Assembly (NCBI GenBank): GCA_001768735.1
Contig: MEMB01000004.1
Coordinates: 10,168 to 74,167, forward strand
DNA: 64,000 nt
Direction: 5' to 3'
Origin: Alphaproteobacteria bacterium GWF2_58_20
Lineage (GTDB): Bacteria; Pseudomonadota; Alphaproteobacteria; UBA1247
The notes under the pieces were generated by a model. That model did not search any database and had not been told where the DNA came from. It was given only the letters and a program-made list of their open reading frames with translations. The translations under genes were made by a program, and so were the position numbers. This document shows positions 58,695 through 64,000 of the stretch, piece after piece (the stretch's first letter is position 1; each line of letters begins with the position of its first letter).

Positions 58695-58732
58695 AAAACG
58701 CCCGCCGGAACACCTTCTGGCGGGCGTTTTTT
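58695..58732. terminator. Bidirectional intrinsic terminator
   Basis: AAAACGCCCGCCGGAA-CACC-TTCTGGCGGGCGTTTTTT between convergent genes. Confidence 0.8.
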
Positions 58733-58750
58733 CATGAATGGCTTCTTCCC

Positions 58751-60043
58751 TTACAACGCAAAAAGCGCCGCAAGTTCCATATGCGGGGAATACAGGAACT
58801 GGTCCACAGGCCAGATTTTTTCCATGCGATAGCCGGCCGCAGCCAGAACGGCAGCATCCCGCGCAAAGGTTGCCGGATTGCAGGAGACCATCATGACCCG
58901 TGAGATCCCGGCTTTCACCACTTCGTCCATTTGCGCTGCGGCTCCCGCGCGGGGAGGATCCAGCACCACACCCTCCATCCCGGCCAGCTCTTTCGCCAGC
59001 ATGGGATGCTGCATGAGGTTGCGCCGGAGAATCCTGAGACGCTCTCCCAACACATTCCGGCGACCTGCATCTTCCAGCGCCGCCATGGCTTCAGGATCTG
59101 CATCCACCGCAAGAACCCTCTTGCCTTCTGCCACCAAAGGCAGGGCAAAAGTGCCAATGCCGGCATAAAGGTCTGCGACCTTCTGGCAATTTGCCATGCC
59201 TTCCAGAACCGCCGCCACCAGCGCTTGCTCACTGGCAGCGCTGACCTGCAAAAACCCGCCGGCAGGCGGACGCACCACAAACCCGCCCATGCGGATTTCC
59301 GGCACCTGCCGCACCAGCAGTGGCTCAACCGGCGCACGTTCATTCCGTCGCCAGGACAGCCGGGCAATTCCCAACATTTCCGCTGGACCTGCAAAAGCCG
59401 AAACATCAAAGGCGGACAGCGGGCGCGCCCGCACCAGCAAAACATCCAGAGCATTTCCAAGCACCGCAACCTGCAGGTCTGCCGTTTCCCCCGGCTTCAG
59501 GATTTCCGCCAGAGCAGCCCGCAATCCGGGGAGGGCGGACACAATCCTCTGGTCAAGGACAAGGCAGGTTTCCATGTTGCAGATGGTGTGGCTGCCCGCC
59601 TGATTGAACCCAAGGCAAACGGAAGAGCCGGAACGCTGAACAGCAAAACAGGCCCGCCGACGCTGGCCTTCCCCTGTCCAGGAGGGAGCTGCCCACGTCA
59701 CCGGCGACAACCCAGCCCGGGACACGGCCGTTTCCAGCACGCCAAGCTTGAAGGCCCGGTAAGCCTCCTGCCGCACCTGCTGGAGGCTGCATCCCCCACA
59801 ACCATCCTTCCCGATTGCGGCATGATGCGGGCATCCAGGAACCTGGCGCTGGGTTCCGGATTCCAGCAATTCCAAAGCCTGTCCAAGACAGACCCCGCCC
59901 GGCCCATTGCCACGCACGGCCACCCTGACCCGGTCGCCCGGCACGGTCAGCGGAACATAAAGCCGTCCTTCCGGCAGGAGGGCCATGCCATCCCCGGAAG
60001 CGCCCAACGCCTCAATCACAATGTCCTGACATTTTTGTGTCAC
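58751..60043 (-). CDS. rlmD: TrmA/RlmD-family RNA m5U methyltransferase
   Basis: TRAM-like N-terminus, CPH..CGGC, FLQ, DLYAGIGTF, LDPPRAG, VSCNPATFARD; GTG start coupled to the upstream stop. Confidence 0.85.
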   Translation of the reverse strand: MTQKCQDIVIEALGASGDGMALLPEGRLYVPLTVPGDRVRVAVRGNGPGGVCLGQALELLESGTQRQVPGCPHHAAIGKDGCGGCSLQQVRQEAYRAFKLGVLETAVSRAGLSPVTWAAPSWTGEGQRRRACFAVQRSGSSVCLGFNQAGSHTICNMETCLVLDQRIVSALPGLRAALAEILKPGETADLQVAVLGNALDVLLVRARPLSAFDVSAFAGPAEMLGIARLSWRRNERAPVEPLLVRQVPEIRMGGFVVRPPAGGFLQVSAASEQALVAAVLEGMANCQKVADLYAGIGTFALPLVAEGKRVLAVDADPEAMAALEDAGRRNVLGERLRILRRNLMQHPMLAKELAGMEGVVLDPPRAGAAAQMDEVVKAGISRVMMVSCNPATFARDAAVLAAAGYRMEKIWPVDQFLYSPHMELAALFAL

Positions 60044-60477
60044 AGCATGCTTTCCAGCTTGGCGCGCAGGGATGCAGGCAGAGGGCACATGCGTTTGGTG
60101 CTGCGGTCAAAAAAAGCCAGCACCGCTTCTTCTGTTGCCGTACAGACATCCCCGCAAAACAGGGCGCTGCCCAACGTGATGAACCCTCGCCCCATCTCCA
60201 GCAGGGCCACACCAATGCGCACCTCGTCTCCCAGGAACATCTCCGCCCGGTAGGAAATGCTGTTGCGGATCATCGCCCGCCCCATTTCCCCCGGATCAAG
60301 GGCCATGCCACAGGCTTCGGCAAAGGCGATCCGTCCCTCTTCAAAAAAGGTGGCAAACGCCTTGTTGTTGCAATGTCCGAACATGTCCATGTCGGCAAAA
60401 CGCACATGATCCCGCGCCCAGATCCGGTAGTATTCTGGCCGGACAAGGCTTGCGGGATCGTGCGCTGTTTTTTTCAA
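60040..60477 (-). CDS. Acyl-CoA thioesterase (4HBT/YbgC-like)
   Basis: VRFADMDMFGHCNN, FEEGR. Confidence 0.85.
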   Translation of the reverse strand: MKKTAHDPASLVRPEYYRIWARDHVRFADMDMFGHCNNKAFATFFEEGRIAFAEACGMALDPGEMGRAMIRNSISYRAEMFLGDEVRIGVALLEMGRGFITLGSALFCGDVCTATEEAVLAFFDRSTKRMCPLPASLRAKLESML

Positions 60478-60488
60478 GGCAGATCGTC

Positions 60489-61025
60489 TTACTTGGCGGA
60501 CATCACCATGATCATCAGCTGCCCCTCAAGCTTGGGGGCCTGCTCGACCTTGGCAATATCATCGAGGTCCTGCTGGAGACGGGCGATCAGCTTGACACCC
60601 AGATCCTGGTGAACCATTTCGCGCCCACGGAATCGCAGGGAAACCTTTACCTTGTCTCCCTCCTCAAGGAACTTGCGTGCGCGCTTCATCTTCACCGTAT
60701 AGTCGTTGTCATCAATATTGGGGCGGAACTTCAGCTCCTTGATGTCAATGATCTTCTGGTTCTTCCGCGCCTCGTTGCGCCGCTTTTGCTGCTCATACTT
60801 GTATTTCCCGTAATCCAGGATCTTGCAAACCGGTGGATCCGACTGCGGGGAAATCTCGACAAGATCCAGCCCCGCTTCTTCGGCGGCGCGCAGGCCGTCC
60901 CGCGTGGTCATGATTCCCATGACCTCACCTTCGGGACCGACAACACGGACAGACTGGGACCTGATCAGGCCGTTGACGCGCAGCTCGTCACGCGAGGGGG
61001 CGTCATTCTGAAACTGCTTAGCGAT
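60489..61025 (-). CDS. infC: Translation initiation factor IF-3 (probable AUC start at 61025; an in-frame ATG is at 61031)
   Basis: LDLVEISP, PPVCKILDYGK, KELKFRP, LRFRGRE. Confidence 0.95.
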   Translation of the reverse strand: MAKQFQNDAPSRDELRVNGLIRSQSVRVVGPEGEVMGIMTTRDGLRAAEEAGLDLVEISPQSDPPVCKILDYGKYKYEQQKRRNEARKNQKIIDIKELKFRPNIDDNDYTVKMKRARKFLEEGDKVKVSLRFRGREMVHQDLGVKLIARLQQDLDDIAKVEQAPKLEGQLMIMVMSAK

Positions 61026-61036
61026 GGTCATGCTCC

Positions 61037-62995
61037 TTAAATAATATTGCGATACGTATCGCCCGCAACCCGTGCGAGCGGGGAAGTTGCTTCCTCAACA
61101 AGATTACGGATAGCGTCGTCAAGTGCAAGTGTTTCTTGCGCCTGGGACCCCAAACGGCGTAACGCGACCTGCCGTCCTTCCGCTTCGCGCTTGCCCAGCG
61201 CAAGGATGATGGGCGCCTTTTTCACGCTGTGTTCACGAACCTTGTAGCCAATCTTTTCGTTGCGCCGATCCAGCTCAACCCGCAGGCCAGCGCACGAAAG
61301 CGCACGTGCCACTTCCTCGGCATAATCGTCGGCATCGCTGGTGATGGTGGCCACCACCGCCTGCACAGGCGCCAGCCAAAGCGGCAGGTGCCCGGCATAA
61401 TGCTCAATGAGGATGCCGGCAAACCGTTCCAGCGAACCAAACAGGGCGCGGTGCAACATCACGGGGCGCTGCTTCTGTCCCGATTCGTCGATATAGCTGC
61501 TGCCGAATCGCTCCGGCAGGTTGAGATCCACCTGCAGCGTGCCGCACTGCCAGTCGCGGCCAATGGCGTCGCGCAAGACGAATTCCAGCTTCGGGCCATA
61601 GAAAGCGCCTTCACCGGGATTGAGCTCATAGGCCAGGCCCATGTGGTCCAGCGCACCCTTGAGCGATGCTTCCAGCTTGTCCCAGGTTTCATCCGTCCCG
61701 ATACGCTTTTCCGGACGGTCGGAGAACTTGATGCGCACGTTGTCGAAACCGAAATCCTTGTAGATGTCCATGATGAGGTCGATCACCTTGCGGCATTCAT
61801 CCTCCATCTGGGCTTCCGTGCAGAAAATGTGGGCGTCATCCTGCGTGAAAGCGCGCACCCGCATGATCCCATGCAGGGAACCCGAAGGCTCGTAGCGCAG
61901 CACCTTGCCGAACTCGGCAATGCGGAGCGGCAGGTCGCGGTAGCTCACGATGCCCTTGTTGTAAACCTGAATGCCGCCGGGGCAATTCATCGGCTTGATG
62001 CAATAGGTGCGGTCTTCAACCACGGTTGTGTACATGTGTTCACGGAAGGTGAACCAGTGGCCCGAGGTTTCCCACATCACCTTGTCCATGACTTCCGGCG
62101 TGTTGATTTCCACATAGCCGGCCTTGTCCTGACGGCCGCGCATGTAGGCAATCAGGCCCTGGAACATGCTCCAACCCTTGGGATGCCAGAACACGGAACC
62201 CGGGGCTTCCTCCTGGAAGTGGAACAGGTCCATGTCCTTCCCAAGCCGGCGGTGGTCGCGCTTTTCCGCTTCTTCCATCTGGAGCAGGTAGGCATCCAGC
62301 TCGGCCTTGGTGCGCCACGCCGTACCATAAAGGCGCTGAAGCATGGCATTCCGGGAATCCCCGCGCCAGTAGGCCCCCGCCACTTTCATGACCTTGAAAG
62401 CCGTTCCCACCTTGCCGGTGGAGGGCAGATGCGGGCCACGGCAGAGGTCGAGCCAGTCGCCCTGCCGGTAGATGGAAATCTCGGCGTCTTCCGGCAGATC
62501 CTCGATGATTTCCGCCTTGTAGGCTTCGCCCTTGAAGCGGAAATGCTCGATGGCATTCGTGCGGCTCCACACCTCACGCACCAGCGGCTTGTCTGCCGCG
62601 ATGATCTCGCGCATTTTGGCCTCAATGCGGGCGAAATCCTCCGGCGTGAAGGGTTCGGCACGGGCAAAATCGTAATAGAAACCGTTTTCAATGGCCGGGC
62701 CGATGGTCACCTGCGTGCCGGGAAACAATTCCTGCACAGCTTCCGCCATGACATGCGCGGCATCATGCCGGATGAGCTCAAGGGCTTCCGGCGAATCACG
62801 GGTAATGATGGAAACCGACGCATCCGAATCCAGCGAATGGGACAGATCCACCAAAATGCCGTCCACCTTGGCTGCGACGGCTTCCTTCGCCAATCGTGGG
62901 CTGATGGTGGCCGCGATTCCGGCACTCGTCGTGCCCACGGGAAATTCCCGCTTCGCGCCGTCCGGAAATGTAATCGCGATCATCTGGCCGCTCAT
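61037..62995 (-). CDS. thrS: Threonine--tRNA ligase
   Basis: [52 protein letters not shown]. Confidence 0.98.
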   Translation of the reverse strand: MSGQMIAITFPDGAKREFPVGTTSAGIAATISPRLAKEAVAAKVDGILVDLSHSLDSDASVSIITRDSPEALELIRHDAAHVMAEAVQELFPGTQVTIGPAIENGFYYDFARAEPFTPEDFARIEAKMREIIAADKPLVREVWSRTNAIEHFRFKGEAYKAEIIEDLPEDAEISIYRQGDWLDLCRGPHLPSTGKVGTAFKVMKVAGAYWRGDSRNAMLQRLYGTAWRTKAELDAYLLQMEEAEKRDHRRLGKDMDLFHFQEEAPGSVFWHPKGWSMFQGLIAYMRGRQDKAGYVEINTPEVMDKVMWETSGHWFTFREHMYTTVVEDRTYCIKPMNCPGGIQVYNKGIVSYRDLPLRIAEFGKVLRYEPSGSLHGIMRVRAFTQDDAHIFCTEAQMEDECRKVIDLIMDIYKDFGFDNVRIKFSDRPEKRIGTDETWDKLEASLKGALDHMGLAYELNPGEGAFYGPKLEFVLRDAIGRDWQCGTLQVDLNLPERFGSSYIDESGQKQRPVMLHRALFGSLERFAGILIEHYAGHLPLWLAPVQAVVATITSDADDYAEEVARALSCAGLRVELDRRNEKIGYKVREHSVKKAPIILALGKREAEGRQVALRRLGSQAQETLALDDAIRNLVEEATSPLARVAGDTYRNII

Positions 62996-63038
62996 GGCTG
63001 CAATTCTCCTGTTGCATAAGTTCAAAAGACGTCTTGCG

Positions 63039-63147
63039 GGCATACCCCCGCCCCTTCAAATTGTCAAGCGTTTCCAAGCATTTTACGAAAATGCATAGCA
63101 GGGTTGCGTTCATGGTGATTGACAGCGGCTGCGGCTTTCTATAGCTT
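63039..63147. promoter_or_regulatory. Divergent sigma70-like promoters (thrS and HAD gene)
   Basis: Minus strand TTGACA-N17-TATGCC (63067-63039); plus strand TTGACA-N17-TAGCTT (63119-63147). Confidence 0.4.
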
Positions 63148-63183
63148 CCGTGAAACATTATGAAAAAGAAAGAGAGAGCCAAT

Positions 63184-64000
63184 ATGCGAGAAATCCGTCT
63201 CGCGGTGTTTGATTTTGATAACACCCTTTGGGAAAACATGCGCACCAGCGAAATTGCGGTCCGCGGTTTCATCACCCGCCTCAGCAGGGACAGCGGCCTG
63301 TCGGAAGACAGCATTAAGGCCGGAACCCGCAAGGCTTTTGAAAACAACTTCATCTTTGAATATCCGGACAGCATCCGGCACAATCCCGTTCTCCAGGACG
63401 CCTTCCCTGGCGAAGACCTGAACACACGGTTTGCCGGAGCCATTCATGCCTTCCATGATGCCATCCGTGAACAAACCCGGCCCTATGCAGGCATCCGCAA
63501 CATGCTGCGGCGTCTCAAGCTCTCCGGCATCAAGCTGGTTTGCTACTCCGAATCCAGTGCCCGTGTTCTGGCCAACCTGATGAAGCCCATGGGCATCGAC
63601 AGCCTGTTTGACATTGTCTGCAGCACGCCCAGCGCTCCGCAGTATGCCAAATCGGCCGACGAACGCATGACCCTGCGCGACGTCAGCCACGGCCTGTCCA
63701 CCCGCCAGATGGAAGTGGCTGGCATGCCGGAAGGCACCAGCCCGAAGGATCATCCTGAAATCCTCAGCATGCTCCTGGACGCCATGAATGTGCAGCCACA
63801 TGAAGCGGTGATGGTGGGTGACCACCTGGTCCGTGACGTGGATATGGCGCAGAAAATCGGTGTGCGGGGCTTCTGGGCCAAATATGGCCGCGACAGTGTG
63901 CCAACCCTGACCATGAGCGCCGCCCTGCGGCCCTATGTCCAGCATCTGTGTGAACAGCATGTCCAGGGCACCCACAACCATGTGGTTCCCCATGCCGTGC
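63184..64000 (+). CDS. HAD-superfamily hydrolase, 3'-truncated (absent from the ORF track because it has no stop in the window)
   Basis: Read by hand: MREIRLAVFDFDNTLW (motif I), CYSES, PK, MVGDHLVRDV (motif IV). Confidence 0.88.
   Translation, partial: MREIRLAVFDFDNTLWENMRTSEIAVRGFITRLSRDSGLSEDSIKAGTRKAFENNFIFEYPDSIRHNPVLQDAFPGEDLNTRFAGAIHAFHDAIREQTRPYAGIRNMLRRLKLSGIKLVCYSESSARVLANLMKPMGIDSLFDIVCSTPSAPQYAKSADERMTLRDVSHGLSTRQMEVAGMPEGTSPKDHPEILSMLLDAMNVQPHEAVMVGDHLVRDVDMAQKIGVRGFWAKYGRDSVPTLTMSAALRPYVQHLCEQHVQGTHNHVVPHAV

Overview
A GC-rich alphaproteobacterial chromosomal window (Rhodospirillales- or Micavibrio-like gene order; the taxonomy is inferred, not proven). It is mostly housekeeping genes: GT9/GT4-rsmD-rluB, tadA-xseA, lpxL-lpxK-waaA, ubiA/rsmE, yqgE/dsbD-like/rnhA, ileS-lspA-pgi-mutL, ihfB-lapA-accD, chvI-chvG, hprK-rapZ-EIIA-HPr-ahcY-divL-tsaE-murU-addB-addA-trxA, infC-thrS. 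The most unusual element is a tandem array of four M16B (mitochondrial-processing-peptidase-like) paralogs at 17142-22569. Copy 2 has lost the zinc site but keeps the Gly loop and R/Y pair. Copy 3 keeps the zinc site but has lost the Gly loop and R/Y pair, and is split by a 1-nt frameshift. All three derived copies carry a Pro-rich C-terminal PAP tail that the ancestral copy lacks. Other points: a TA-flanked 165-bp MITE that overlaps a stop codon, a secreted Ig-like + RCC1-repeat protein and a decayed paralog of its N-terminus 35 kb away, an orphan pilin-like gene inside chvG-hprK, several apparently catalytically dead proteins, a CtrA box, a probable AUC start for infC, and repeated absence of biosynthetic genes from otherwise conserved neighbourhoods. 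I recognised no rRNA, tRNA, CRISPR array or transposase. All family calls come from motif recognition by eye; no database was searched.
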